Assembly: GCA_024239035.1 (NCBI GenBank) | Contig: JANBVK010000001.1 | Span: 235,010 to 299,009 of the forward strand | DNA from: Patescibacteria group bacterium | Lineage (GTDB): Bacteria > Patescibacteriota > Minisyncoccia > UBA6257 > GWB1-50-10 | DNA length: 64,000 bases | Direction of reading: 5' to 3' | Part shown: one piece after another, positions 38,460 to 48,117 of the stretch | Position numbering within the stretch: the first letter of the stretch is position 1 | How the letters are laid out: the number at the start of each line of letters is the position of its first letter | Notes under the pieces: generated by a model | Databases searched by the model: none | What the model was told of the DNA's origin: nothing | What the model saw: only the letters and a program-made list of their open reading frames with translations | Position numbers and translations under genes: made by a program

Positions 38460-39790
38460 TTAAGTCTCTTCTTCGTCTCTTCAACCAGCTTTTCAAGAAT
38501 AATATTTTCCTGCACCCCTGATTTCATATCCCTAACAATAGCCGAACCTTCAAAAACCTCTCGCTGACCCACAATAATAGCGAGCCGCGCCTTAAACTTA
38601 TCCGCCATCTTAAGCTGATTTCCTAAAGATTTCTTGCCGAGTGATTCGAGGGTTTGAATTCCATTTGAACGCAGCTCGTTAATAAACTTCAAGCTTGCCT
38701 TCTTAGCTTCATCTCCTATAGCGATAAAAAACACTTTAGGTTTCGACTTCAGAGGAGGAGTTAAATCTTCGGCCTGCATAGCCTCAATAATCCTCTCAAG
38801 TCCCGACGAGCTGCCCACCGCCGGCATGGGTCTTCCTCCTAGAAGTTCCGAGAGATAATCATAGCGGCCGCCGCCTGCAAGTGCTGCCTCGGGTAGAGAA
38901 GAAGAAAAAACTTCAAACACCGTCTTATTATAGTAATCTAAGCCGCGGACTAAATACGGGTCGGGAACATAGGCAATATTATTATCCTCCACTAATTCCA
39001 AAACTGATCTGAAGTGATTATTGCAGCTACTACAAAGATAATCAAGGATAATCGGCGCATTTTCTCTTAACTTCTGACATTCCGGCTGCTTGCAGTCCAG
39101 AAGCCGGAGAATGTTCTGGTCATATCGCCGCACGCAGTCGCGGCAAAGCTTGGCTTTCCTGTAACGGTAATACTCCTTGAGTTTATCCCGATAGGTTGGA
39201 CGGCAAATCCGACAACCGATAGTATTAATTTTTAAAGTTGGTTCTTTAAACTTCAACGCTTTCAAAAAACTAAGAACCACTAAGATAATCTGAACATCGT
39301 AGACAGCGTCACTGTCTCCTATAATCTCAAATCCCCACTGGTGATGCTCACGATAGCGAGATTTCTGAGGTCTCTCGTATCTAAACATCGGACCGTAATA
39401 AAACACCTTTAGGGGTGATGCAAAATAACCCAGGTGGTGCTCAAGATAACTCCTCATAACGGGTGCTGTTCCTTCGGGGCGGAGGGCTACTTTCTCACCG
39501 CCTTTAGTTTTAAAAACGTACATTTCTTTCTCTACGATATCCGTTGCCGCCCCGACGCCCGCTTCAAAAAGACCAGCCTGTTCCACAATCGGCGTCTCAA
39601 TAAAACGGAAATCGTGAAGCTCACTAACCGTCCAACCGACATCAAAAATCGCCTTCCACCAACTCTGGTTTTTCGGCAAGATATCTGCCATCCCCCTGAC
39701 CGACTGAAATAAGTGATTTTTTTTTCTTTTCTTTACAGTCTTCTTACTCTCCTGTTTGACTGTTTTTGATTTAGGTATATTCATCCGCAT
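38456..39790 (-). CDS. hisS: Histidyl-tRNA synthetase, with Lys-rich N-terminal leader if the first ATG is used
   Basis: Class II aaRS motifs: RGMADILP, FRYERPQKSRYREHHQWGFEIIG, GGGRYD; C-terminal anticodon-binding domain. Confidence 0.9.
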   Translation of the reverse strand: MRMNIPKSKTVKQESKKTVKKRKKNHLFQSVRGMADILPKNQSWWKAIFDVGWTVSELHDFRFIETPIVEQAGLFEAGVGAATDIVEKEMYVFKTKGGEKVALRPEGTAPVMRSYLEHHLGYFASPLKVFYYGPMFRYERPQKSRYREHHQWGFEIIGDSDAVYDVQIILVVLSFLKALKFKEPTLKINTIGCRICRPTYRDKLKEYYRYRKAKLCRDCVRRYDQNILRLLDCKQPECQKLRENAPIILDYLCSSCNNHFRSVLELVEDNNIAYVPDPYLVRGLDYYNKTVFEVFSSSLPEAALAGGGRYDYLSELLGGRPMPAVGSSSGLERIIEAMQAEDLTPPLKSKPKVFFIAIGDEAKKASLKFINELRSNGIQTLESLGKKSLGNQLKMADKFKARLAIIVGQREVFEGSAIVRDMKSGVQENIILEKLVEETKKRLK

Positions 39791-39796
39791 TATAAG

Positions 39797-40336
39797 CTAG
39801 TAACTTGGCGCACTAAACGCCATCACTTCATTAATCGGCCACAGACGGAAACGAGCAAAACCGACAATGTCGTCCTCTTCTAGTGGCCCCCAGCTCCTTG
39901 AATCAAAACTAAAATTACGGTTGTCCCCCATTACAAAGTACTCTGTAGAACTAAGCGTTTCATCAAAACTACCTCGCGTTCCTGTCCCCCAAAGATATGA
40001 CTCGGAAAGAATTTTTTCTTCCCCGTCTTCGTAAACCAGAACCTCACCATCTTTCACTACCACCCGCTCACCCGGTAGACCAATTATCCTTTTAATATAA
40101 AAAGCTCTCTTATCAGCCGGATATCTGAAAACAATCACCTCGCCGCGCTTTGGCTCACGGAAACGATACGTAAGTTCATCAACTAGTAAGTAATTATTAT
40201 CATAAAAATTAGGCTCCATACTGGAACCACTCACTAGAAAAGGTTGGGCTATAAAACTCCTAACCAAAAAAACTATCACTACCGCGATAACAAGGGTTTC
40301 AACTATTTCGAAGAAAGACCAAAGAAGTTTACGCAT
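39797..40336 (-). CDS. lepB: Signal peptidase I
   Basis: GSSMEPNF (box B Ser), catalytic-Lys box YIKRIIGLPGE, and GDNRNFSFDSRSWG box E. Confidence 0.85.
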   Translation of the reverse strand: MRKLLWSFFEIVETLVIAVVIVFLVRSFIAQPFLVSGSSMEPNFYDNNYLLVDELTYRFREPKRGEVIVFRYPADKRAFYIKRIIGLPGERVVVKDGEVLVYEDGEEKILSESYLWGTGTRGSFDETLSSTEYFVMGDNRNFSFDSRSWGPLEEDDIVGFARFRLWPINEVMAFSAPSY

Positions 40337-40381
40337 ATAATATGGCAGACAATAAAAAACTATGCGATAATTCTACAAAAT

Positions 40382-40930
40382 ATGCAACAAAAATTCAACC
40401 TTAAGCAGATTAAATTAGTTATCGGTCTCGGTAACCCCGGCAAAAAATATGAGGGCACGTACCATAACATCGGCTTTTTGTTCGTAGATTATCTAACAAA
40501 TCCGCCGGCTGGCGGACCAATTTCTAAGCCGCTCAAATCGAGCGTACACATGAACGAGTCAGGAAAATTTGTGCGAGCATCGATGAAAAAACGTGGGGTA
40601 AAACCCAAGGAATTGCTGATTGTCCACGACGATTCCGATATAATACTTGGGTCTTACAGATTCTCCTATCGTCGCGGTTCAGCGGGACACAAAGGGGTGG
40701 AATCAATTGTCCGGGTTCTCAAAACGAAAAATTTTTCCCGTCTCCGCATCGGCATCCGACCCAAAAAAGCGGGTCTGCCCGCCGGCTTGCCCGCCAAAGC
40801 TTTAGCATCGGCAGGAGCCCGGAGGGCGAAGGCGGGAGAGTTGGTGTTAAAAAAAATAACCCCAAGCCATAGAAAAACATTAGAAGAGGTATTTAAGAAA
40901 ATAGAGAAAGACTGCTTCTCCTTTACCTAA
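40382..40930 (+). CDS. pth: Peptidyl-tRNA hydrolase (start at internal ATG 40382; the ORF track starts at 40244, inside lepB)
   Basis: KLVIGLGNPGKKYEGTYHNIGF N-terminal signature; HDDSDI; RIGI. Confidence 0.8.
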   Translation: MQQKFNLKQIKLVIGLGNPGKKYEGTYHNIGFLFVDYLTNPPAGGPISKPLKSSVHMNESGKFVRASMKKRGVKPKELLIVHDDSDIILGSYRFSYRRGSAGHKGVESIVRVLKTKNFSRLRIGIRPKKAGLPAGLPAKALASAGARRAKAGELVLKKITPSHRKTLEEVFKKIEKDCFSFT

Positions 40931-42416
40931 TCCGAAAACTTACATTAAAACCTACAGAACCGTCTTTCGAAACTGTAATCCCTGCAAGGGGTAAATCAAC
41001 GTTGAAAAAATCGGATTCATCTACTAATACATTTTTAAACTTTATCACCTGGGAATTACTGGGTGCGCGGCCAACAAGGCTCACAGGTTCGGTGCTGGCC
41101 CCAACGCTAAGCCTACCCAAAGTAATATTATTCCCGTCCGCCAACTGCTTGATCCGGCTAAAAATCTGATGCCAAGGTCGGGATTCACGTCTTGCTTTTT
41201 CCACCGCCCCAACTAAGTTATTAAACTCGTCTACTTTTTGCCCAAGTTGAACTAACTCAGTTTGAGAAATCTGGGCTTTAAAAACATTTAACCTATCAGT
41301 TAAAATATTTGACTGCTTTACTAAAAATACGGCTGACATCCCGAAAGCCCCCAAAAAAACCAACATCGCCCCAATAACAACACCTCTCCACATCCTTATA
41401 AAATTTAGAGCACGTTCCTGATAGAACGTCTCGACTAAGCTCTCGCCGCTTAAATTAACCTGAGTGTCTCGACCACCATGCAATTTTCCCCTCATTGCTG
41501 ATCCTAAAACTGCGTACCAGCCGGGTGCAAGCGGATAAGATTTAACAGAAAGCATTGTTGCTTTTAATTTGAAATGGTTTTGAAGTAATTGCCCAATATC
41601 TCCTTCAAAACCAGGTGCAATGATAAGTACTTGGCTTACATTTTCTTTAAACCGCTTAAGAGAAAAATCAATAACTCTTCTTACCTCTTGGATTACTACT
41701 TCCTCGAAAGCCGCCTTGGAAATCTCATGACTTTCTCCTTGAACCGACTGCCAAGAACGGAAATATTGAAAATAGAGCGATCCTTTTTTTAGAATAGAAA
41801 GGTCTAGGCCATCACTTGAAATTTGGAGAACAATCACCGGTTCCAGAGATAAATTAACAGAACTGCTTATCACCCTCGCCAAGGCTAGGGCCGGAAACTC
41901 AAAAATTAGACCATCAAAGTTAGCCGCTGCCAATAAACTTTTTAGTTTATCTACAACATCCTTGGATACAAAAGCACCTAACAGGTCATACCGGTCCTCC
42001 GTATCACCGATTACCTGCCAACTCATATGAGCATCTCCAACGTCAATCGGAGATATTATTTGAAGGTTAAGTTGAGCGGACTCTTCAAGTTTTTCTTGGT
42101 CAATTTTGGGGACATTAAAACTTTGAGTGTAAATAACGGCGGGTGGAAGAGAAACAATAACCTGCAATTTACGATTATCATCATTGGAAGAAATCATTTT
42201 GTGAAGCTGGCGCAGAAGACTCAAAAGCTGATCGGGAGCTTCAATTTTTCCTCCCTTAACTACTCCCGGCGGCAAACGCAGAGAAAAAGAGACAGGTTTT
42301 CCTTTCTCCAAAAGAACGTACTGGATAACTGAGTCACTAATCTGAAGCCCTCCTGTTTTTGGCTTTGAGCCTAACTTATCAAAAAAGTAAGCAAGACTTT
42401 CAAATATTCTTCTCAT
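40923..42416 (-). CDS. Type IV pilus assembly PilM-PilN fusion protein (actin-like cytoplasmic domain, a TM helix, then a periplasmic domain)
   Basis: 497 aa; N-terminal 340 aa is PilM/FtsA-like; central TM (VVIGAMLVFLGAFGMSAVFLV); C-terminal about 130 aa is PilN-like. Confidence 0.6.
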   Translation of the reverse strand: MRRIFESLAYFFDKLGSKPKTGGLQISDSVIQYVLLEKGKPVSFSLRLPPGVVKGGKIEAPDQLLSLLRQLHKMISSNDDNRKLQVIVSLPPAVIYTQSFNVPKIDQEKLEESAQLNLQIISPIDVGDAHMSWQVIGDTEDRYDLLGAFVSKDVVDKLKSLLAAANFDGLIFEFPALALARVISSSVNLSLEPVIVLQISSDGLDLSILKKGSLYFQYFRSWQSVQGESHEISKAAFEEVVIQEVRRVIDFSLKRFKENVSQVLIIAPGFEGDIGQLLQNHFKLKATMLSVKSYPLAPGWYAVLGSAMRGKLHGGRDTQVNLSGESLVETFYQERALNFIRMWRGVVIGAMLVFLGAFGMSAVFLVKQSNILTDRLNVFKAQISQTELVQLGQKVDEFNNLVGAVEKARRESRPWHQIFSRIKQLADGNNITLGRLSVGASTEPVSLVGRAPSNSQVIKFKNVLVDESDFFNVDLPLAGITVSKDGSVGFNVSFRIR

Positions 42417-42426
42417 AGTTTACAAA

Positions 42427-42897
42427 TTAAGTTACCGGTTCCTCACTAAGCGACTGAAGTTGGACATAACCCGTGGTCTGGTTAACCACCAAGATTGCAA
42501 CTAGTTTCCTCTGCCTACTGCCGGCTGTTGCTGTGGAACTTATTGTATAAATATAGATATTTAAAGCGTTATCAACGGTCCTCATTGCGGAAACCGAGGT
42601 ATTATCATCACCTACAGTTAGATTATAGTTTTGAGGAGTAGAGCCGAATTCTTTGTCCCTTGTAATTTTAATCATTGCATCGCGAATGCCTGAATGGGCT
42701 GCCGCCGAGGCTCTCAAAGACAATCGCTCTCCTAAACCGGCTGTGCCCAAAAAATAAGTTACGAAAGAACCGGCAATGGTAATCTCAATGATAATGCCGC
42801 TTATAAGAAGAATAAACGGAAGAGCAATCTGCCCTCGCGCGGAGTTATATCCCATGTCACTATAATACCAAAATGTACATCCTTGTGTCATGCACAC
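42427..42897 (-). CDS. Membrane-anchored protein in the pilus operon (PilO-like or non-canonical minor pilin)
   Basis: N-terminal TM (IALPFILLISGIIIEITIAGSF) with Glu in the helix; directly downstream of pilMN. Confidence 0.4.
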   Translation of the reverse strand: MCMTQGCTFWYYSDMGYNSARGQIALPFILLISGIIIEITIAGSFVTYFLGTAGLGERLSLRASAAAHSGIRDAMIKITRDKEFGSTPQNYNLTVGDDNTSVSAMRTVDNALNIYIYTISSTATAGSRQRKLVAILVVNQTTGYVQLQSLSEEPVT

Positions 42898-42972
42898 TTA
42901 ACCAAACTAAAAACTCCCCATATATGGGGAGTTTTTAGTTGTTGGAAAACTGTTTGTGGCTCATTCAGATTA

Positions 42973-43422
42973 CTATTGTCCTTCTGGTACTTCCTGTGGC
43001 GCAGCGGGTGCGGCGGGGGCAGGAGCTGACGGCGGACCAACTGCTCCTCCTTGAGCTTGAGGCAAAAGATCCGGATTTGCTCTAATCACTTGGGCCAGCT
43101 GTCCTTGGGGATTAAGTTTAGTAATCCAAATAACCTCTTCACGATTAAGTTTTATCCGGTCCTCCGGCCCCCAAAAAATATTCGTAAACTTCTGAATGCT
43201 AACAGGGTTCTGTTGGTTTTGTGGATTAACTTGCAGGAGATATACGTTCTTCAAACCGAGGGATGGAAAACGAGTAAGCTGTCCGAAATAAAGGTCGCCG
43301 GTCCGCAAAAGAACCGCGTAGTAAGGCTGGCTTCCTAAAACCGTTTTCCAAACAACTACTCCAACCAGAACTATTAACAGCAACACGACCAGCACCAAAA
43401 GAATTTTATTTGTCCTGCTCAC
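42973..43422 (-). CDS. Membrane-anchored hypothetical protein with Pro/Ala-rich C-terminus
   Basis: N-terminal TM, 149 aa, C-terminal PSAPAPAAPAAPQ low-complexity tail. Confidence 0.45.
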   Translation of the reverse strand: MSRTNKILLVLVVLLLIVLVGVVVWKTVLGSQPYYAVLLRTGDLYFGQLTRFPSLGLKNVYLLQVNPQNQQNPVSIQKFTNIFWGPEDRIKLNREEVIWITKLNPQGQLAQVIRANPDLLPQAQGGAVGPPSAPAPAAPAAPQEVPEGQ

Positions 43423-43524
43423 AATATGTAATAATATAACATACTCTGCCTTTTTTGAAATTCCTGCCTGTGGATAACAAGAGGGCCCCGACGTCTATAC
43501 GAACGTCGAGGCCCTTACTACAGG

Positions 43525-44706
43525 TTACCTCTTATTGTGGAACCGTTTTGTGACAGGATCAATGTACCCTATCAAACTGCCGTCAACCTTGACGGCTACC
43601 TGACCGTTTACGATGAAACCTCCACTTGCGCCGGCGGGTGCCGTAACGACAAACCTTCGCGCATCCTCTGCTACCCCCTCGCCGACAGCCAAGGTGGAGA
43701 CAAGCCAGTTACCAACACTGCCAAATTCAGCCTCGAGCTCGAAGTCAATTCTCTCGCCAGCAGCGTAAGCCCTACCGAGGTAATCGTCAACGACGAAGGC
43801 GATTGAGACGCAGGGATTTTGTCCCTCTACACATTCCGGCCACGCCGCTGTGAAAATAGCATATCGCAGAGCGTTGTCGGCGTCACCCCAGAACGAAGCT
43901 TTAAAGGTGTGGGTACCGTCAACGGTGCTACTTTGGACTTCCGCCCCGGATCCATCGGTAATGCTAAGCTCCGTATGGACAAGATTATCGGCTGACGGGC
44001 TGGCAGTCACGAACATCCAAACAGGACCTTCCGTCTCACCAGCATCGTTTACGGCCGTCACCTGCCAGTAATGGGGGGTCGAGAAAGCGAGTCCCACCAC
44101 ACTCAGGGTTGTATCCTGAGTAGTGCCACACACGCTCAAGTTGTCTTCCGCAGTACCTCGGCAGACTCGGTAGAGCTCTGCTCCATTAGTCGTGAACCAC
44201 TTAAAAGTGGTGTTTGTTAACACGACTGTGCCTGCTGTCGGCGAGACATAAACCGGTGCCGCAGGCGGCATAAGAGCGGGCACGGTTGTAAATGACCACA
44301 TATCTCCCCAAACGGTAGTATCGGGTGCAACAGCTCCCACCTGCCACGGGATGGTGGTGCCATGAGGAAGATCAAGGAGCGCAAGACTGGTTTCCCGGGT
44401 CTCTACGCTATCCATTTGGTCTGGACGAGAACCCACTAGAACGATGTACCAATCAGCTCCTTTAGCCTCAGACCACTCGAGTTCAATATTCACCGGAACA
44501 TCATCTGCACCGTTTAACGGAGACAGATATTGAGGTTTTTCAGGTACTACAGTTCCCGGTCCAGTCCCGTCGCTGCAGGAGAGGGCAGCGAAAACTGCGA
44601 CCGCAAGCGAGATGCGCATATAGATTTTCACAACTCCCTCCGTACGCTTAGGGTTAATAAATAAACGATCTATAGTCCTTATACTATAAAAGACATCCTT
44701 TGTCAA
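43525..44706 (-). CDS. GC-rich secreted lipoprotein with Ig/FN3-like beta-sandwich repeats; probable start at MRISLAVAVFAALSC (lipobox)
   Basis: Lipobox ALSC, repeated ...W.V.AVN..GET..P.W.F...-type segments; GC well above the window average. Confidence 0.5.
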   Translation of the reverse strand: MTKDVFYSIRTIDRLFINPKRTEGVVKIYMRISLAVAVFAALSCSDGTGPGTVVPEKPQYLSPLNGADDVPVNIELEWSEAKGADWYIVLVGSRPDQMDSVETRETSLALLDLPHGTTIPWQVGAVAPDTTVWGDMWSFTTVPALMPPAAPVYVSPTAGTVVLTNTTFKWFTTNGAELYRVCRGTAEDNLSVCGTTQDTTLSVVGLAFSTPHYWQVTAVNDAGETEGPVWMFVTASPSADNLVHTELSITDGSGAEVQSSTVDGTHTFKASFWGDADNALRYAIFTAAWPECVEGQNPCVSIAFVVDDYLGRAYAAGERIDFELEAEFGSVGNWLVSTLAVGEGVAEDARRFVVTAPAGASGGFIVNGQVAVKVDGSLIGYIDPVTKRFHNKR

Positions 44707-44766
44707 TAAAATGAAAAGGCGCCCACTGCTGCGAGCGCCTTTACTAACTTGAATCCCCCATCGGAA

Positions 44767-45957
44767 TCACTGCGACTCAAGGGTATTCGTAAAGCTTGCG
44801 AAATCGTAACTTACGAACCCCAAGTGCCACGTTCCGTCGCCGGCCAGAGTTGAGAACCAGACTCTCAAGACACCACCGTTCCCGTACACAAAAGATGCCC
44901 TGTAGAGCGACCGCGATGCCCAATCGGCGAAACCCTTCTCTAGAAAAGGTGTCGCGTACGTCTCCCAGACAACGCCGTCAGCACTCCTCGCGAAAAACAA
45001 GTCATTGTCTCCGCAACCAGACCCCGACGGATAGGCAGCATAGATTGCCCAGTACTCCCTTGAAGAGGGAATATAGACAACGTCAATGTGCCATATAACG
45101 TAGCCGGGTTGGTCAAACGCCGTAACCACCGGCTCCGACCAATTAGCTCCCGAGAGTCCCGAACCAAGACCACCCAAGCCGCTCGCCGACCTCATCTTGA
45201 CTTCCGTAGAGGTAGCTCGGCATCCCGACGACCCCGAGTCAACGTACCAAATCTTAGGATAGAGTCCGTCAACAAGAACTAAAGACCTGCTCGCTGCTTG
45301 AGAAACGGCGCTGTGATTCGGTTCCTGAAACGCGATCTGTTCCGAATGCCAATCAATCCCGTCCTCCGAAACCCGCGTTTTGATAACGTTGTTTCCGTCT
45401 CTCACCTCTCGCCAGGTAAGAACGAGACGATCCCTAAAAGAATCGTAGAGTAAGTCCGGGTCGGAGTTGTGAAGAGCGCCCGGCTCGAGAGGAGCAACAG
45501 GGTTCGTTATCCCTTCGGGCTCAAGCCACGTCATCCCATCCTGACTCACTACAATCGAGGGATTTTCAAGTCTGGCGTTCCCATTCGGGTAGGGTGTAAT
45601 CGCCATCCAGTAGTTCCATCCATTCCACCCTAGAGAAAAATGCAGAATGTCGGGATGAACGGTTTGACCCGACCCATCGTACGTCGGTACACTGAGCTCC
45701 GTCGGTTCACCAAGAACCGAAACGGTGAGTTCCATCGGTCCCGTAAGCGGCCCAGGCAGCTCCACCGTGGATGGAGCATGACTGTCCGTGCAGCCGAGAA
45801 GCACACCAACAAGCAACACTATCGATCTATTCATGGTTACATCTCCATGCGCTGAAGTGAATTTGCTAAAGCCAATATAACAGAATCGCGAGTATTTGTC
45901 AAAAGAGCTCAAGAGAGCCGGAGTGAGATTACCACGTCTCTGCCGATTCAACGACAC
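44767..45957 (-). CDS. GC-rich predicted lipoprotein (396 aa), possibly a glycoside-hydrolase-like beta-propeller
   Basis: LLGC lipobox; Trp- and Asp-rich repeats; no confident family. Confidence 0.45.
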   Translation of the reverse strand: MSLNRQRRGNLTPALLSSFDKYSRFCYIGFSKFTSAHGDVTMNRSIVLLVGVLLGCTDSHAPSTVELPGPLTGPMELTVSVLGEPTELSVPTYDGSGQTVHPDILHFSLGWNGWNYWMAITPYPNGNARLENPSIVVSQDGMTWLEPEGITNPVAPLEPGALHNSDPDLLYDSFRDRLVLTWREVRDGNNVIKTRVSEDGIDWHSEQIAFQEPNHSAVSQAASRSLVLVDGLYPKIWYVDSGSSGCRATSTEVKMRSASGLGGLGSGLSGANWSEPVVTAFDQPGYVIWHIDVVYIPSSREYWAIYAAYPSGSGCGDNDLFFARSADGVVWETYATPFLEKGFADWASRSLYRASFVYGNGGVLRVWFSTLAGDGTWHLGFVSYDFASFTNTLESQ

Positions 45958-47165
45958 TGCTGGGTCCTTGTTACCCAGTTACAACCGTAAGCCTGCCAAG
46001 GACAGCCATCAATCATACAATCGCCGGGGTTTGTGTAATAGGTAGCTGATGACCCACACCCAGGAGCTGATCCGCTCCAACCCGTACCGCCTACTCCAAG
46101 CGGAAAACATTCCCCGTTCCCGTTCGGAAAATGTTGGAAAGCTAAAGCGTCTTCTATAAGAGTTGCGAAGAACTTACTATCCTCCTTCCGTGCTTCCGAT
46201 GAGCAATTCTCACACCTTCCACCGGTCTGGGTGTACCTTTTCGTCTGAGAACCGTCGCAATTATAATCAAACGAACCGTCGCCCCGGTGGGTTGTGAAAT
46301 AAGACGACTGCCCCGGTTTTGCATTTGAATTGCTGTCATAGCAATCCGTAGTGTAAGAAGTTAAGACACTTCGACGGCGGCGACCACTTGCTGAACCCGT
46401 ATATTGGGTGGAATTTGCCGGATAGCCGTCACTATCAGAATCAGCCATATAAAGATACGCTTCTCTAAGCTGGCCACTACTTCCAATAACAATTGACCCG
46501 CTGTTAATGGAGACTGAACGCCCCGGGTTCCGTGCGAAAGCAGCATTTAACGTAAGAGTATACGTTTGTATAGTCACGTTTCCATTATCAACTCCGTCTG
46601 TTGAGGAAATAGTGCAATTGGCCGTCGTGGTCCAATTTCCGGAAATAGGAATTCCACATGCGTCCGACCACGCAATGGTTATTGAGTTTTCTCTGTCGGC
46701 TGCGTCTCTCGCAACAAATATGGTGTGGTAAAACGTGTCGTGGGTATCTTTGACCTGCCATTCTCCTTCCCAAGTTTCTTCTCCTGTCATCTCAAGCGGG
46801 ACCGTTGTTGTTCCGTTGTCGGTTTCAATGTTGGCAATAACCGAGTTTATCCCTGCCGGTGATTGAACTACAATTCTGAACTTCTGGATATCACCGACAT
46901 GCACGTCAGGCGGGTCAACGACTCCTTCAAGGAACTTTGGCTGCGCATTTTCGGCGGAGATCACCTGGAATACATACTCTCCTTCAGGTAACGGTCCCCA
47001 TTTTTCTCCTTTCTCATTCACGAATTTCCTATCACTTTGCAAGGCCTGCTCATCAGAGCTGGCTTGTTCCTTATTCCTCTGCGGTTCGTAAAATTGAACA
47101 AGCACACCAATACCTACCACAATCAAAACTGCAAGAATAATTAAAATATTTTTCCTCGTAATCAA
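45948..47165 (-). CDS. GC-rich secreted, Cys-rich protein (405 aa)
   Basis: N-terminal TM/signal, many Cys pairs in the C-terminal third (CENCSS...CDGS...CGSS...CMIDGC). Confidence 0.45.
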   Translation of the reverse strand: MITRKNILIILAVLIVVGIGVLVQFYEPQRNKEQASSDEQALQSDRKFVNEKGEKWGPLPEGEYVFQVISAENAQPKFLEGVVDPPDVHVGDIQKFRIVVQSPAGINSVIANIETDNGTTTVPLEMTGEETWEGEWQVKDTHDTFYHTIFVARDAADRENSITIAWSDACGIPISGNWTTTANCTISSTDGVDNGNVTIQTYTLTLNAAFARNPGRSVSINSGSIVIGSSGQLREAYLYMADSDSDGYPANSTQYTGSASGRRRRSVLTSYTTDCYDSNSNAKPGQSSYFTTHRGDGSFDYNCDGSQTKRYTQTGGRCENCSSEARKEDSKFFATLIEDALAFQHFPNGNGECFPLGVGGTGWSGSAPGCGSSATYYTNPGDCMIDGCPWQAYGCNWVTRTQQCR

Positions 47166-47184
47166 GCCTTTGTCCTTATTAATA

Positions 47185-47565
47185 TTACTGGTATAAATCG
47201 TGAAGAATGCGGCAGGGTTCCACGATACGCGGGTTTGTAATTTTATAGTAGACGTTTAGTCCTTCACGTCGCGTCTTAACGAGTTTATTGTGACGAAGTA
47301 CTGCAAGGTGCTGAGAAACATTTGCCTTTTTAAGCTTGAGTATCCCGACAAGTTTTTCAACAGGGAGTTCACGCTTACTCAAAATATTCAAAATCTCAAG
47401 GCGCTTTGAATTTGCCATAATCTTATAGATCTCGGCGTTACGGAGGTAGGTTGCTTTTGGAAATGGCGATTTCATAGTTTCGAAACTATGCAATAAGTAT
47501 ATAATAATACGGGCATCCTTCAAGGGGGAGTTATCCACGTCCAACTCGGTGGGAATTATAGACAC
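47185..47565 (-). CDS. ArsR/SmtB-family HTH transcriptional regulator
   Basis: LEILNILSK...EKLVGILKLKKANVSQHLAVLRHNKLV is the ArsR winged-helix signature. Confidence 0.75.
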   Translation of the reverse strand: MSIIPTELDVDNSPLKDARIIIYLLHSFETMKSPFPKATYLRNAEIYKIMANSKRLEILNILSKRELPVEKLVGILKLKKANVSQHLAVLRHNKLVKTRREGLNVYYKITNPRIVEPCRILHDLYQ

Positions 47566-47585
47566 ACCAGGTTCATAATTGACAG

Positions 47586-48098
47586 GTGGGAGGAAGCGGT
47601 TACCATAAAGTTATGCAACTTAAAACAAAATACCTGAACGGTTTACTTATTTTTCTTATAGTTGTGGCAGTTGTTCTGGGGTACGCTATTTACAGCCAGT
47701 CGCCCGAAAAACCCGAGCTTAAAGCAGAAATATCGTCCTTGACCCCGACCCCCGACGAGTCCGAAGTTTTAAACGTTCCCGACCTTAATGCGTCCACTGA
47801 AGAAAAACAACGTCACTTTGAGCTTGTAGTGCAGGTTGCTAAAACCGCTGAATTCTTGGATATAAGCGATTGCAATCCATCACCGGTAGTAATGAAAATA
47901 AAAAAAGGAGAAACGATAGCTGTCAGAAACAATGACTCAGCCGATCACTCAATTGTGTTTAATTTAGAGAGCATACACCCCATCCCCGCAGGGAGCACAA
48001 AAAATATTACCAACGTCTTTGATAAGGGTCCGGGAGTTTACGGTTATGGGTGCGACGCATCAACCGGTGCTGTCGGTATGTTCTTAGTGACCGAATAG
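47586..48098 (+). CDS. Membrane-anchored plastocyanin-like cupredoxin-domain protein (family X, member 1)
   Basis: TM anchor, then VRNNDSADHSIVFNLESIHPIPAG ... GPGVYGYGCDASTGAVGMFLV, which aligns with plastocyanin [21 protein letters not shown] ... YSFYCSPHQGAGMVGKVTV. His, Cys and Met ligand positions are present; the second His is absent. Confidence 0.6.
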   Translation: MGGSGYHKVMQLKTKYLNGLLIFLIVVAVVLGYAIYSQSPEKPELKAEISSLTPTPDESEVLNVPDLNASTEEKQRHFELVVQVAKTAEFLDISDCNPSPVVMKIKKGETIAVRNNDSADHSIVFNLESIHPIPAGSTKNITNVFDKGPGVYGYGCDASTGAVGMFLVTE

Positions 48099-48117
48099 CT
48101 GATTTCTTTCTTGGTCT

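Noticed and set aside
40244-40381. Upstream extension of pth from ATG 40244
   Set aside because: It would overlap 93 nt of the lepB coding region on the opposite strand. The conserved Pth N-terminus (KLVIGLGNPG) begins right after the internal ATG at 40382.
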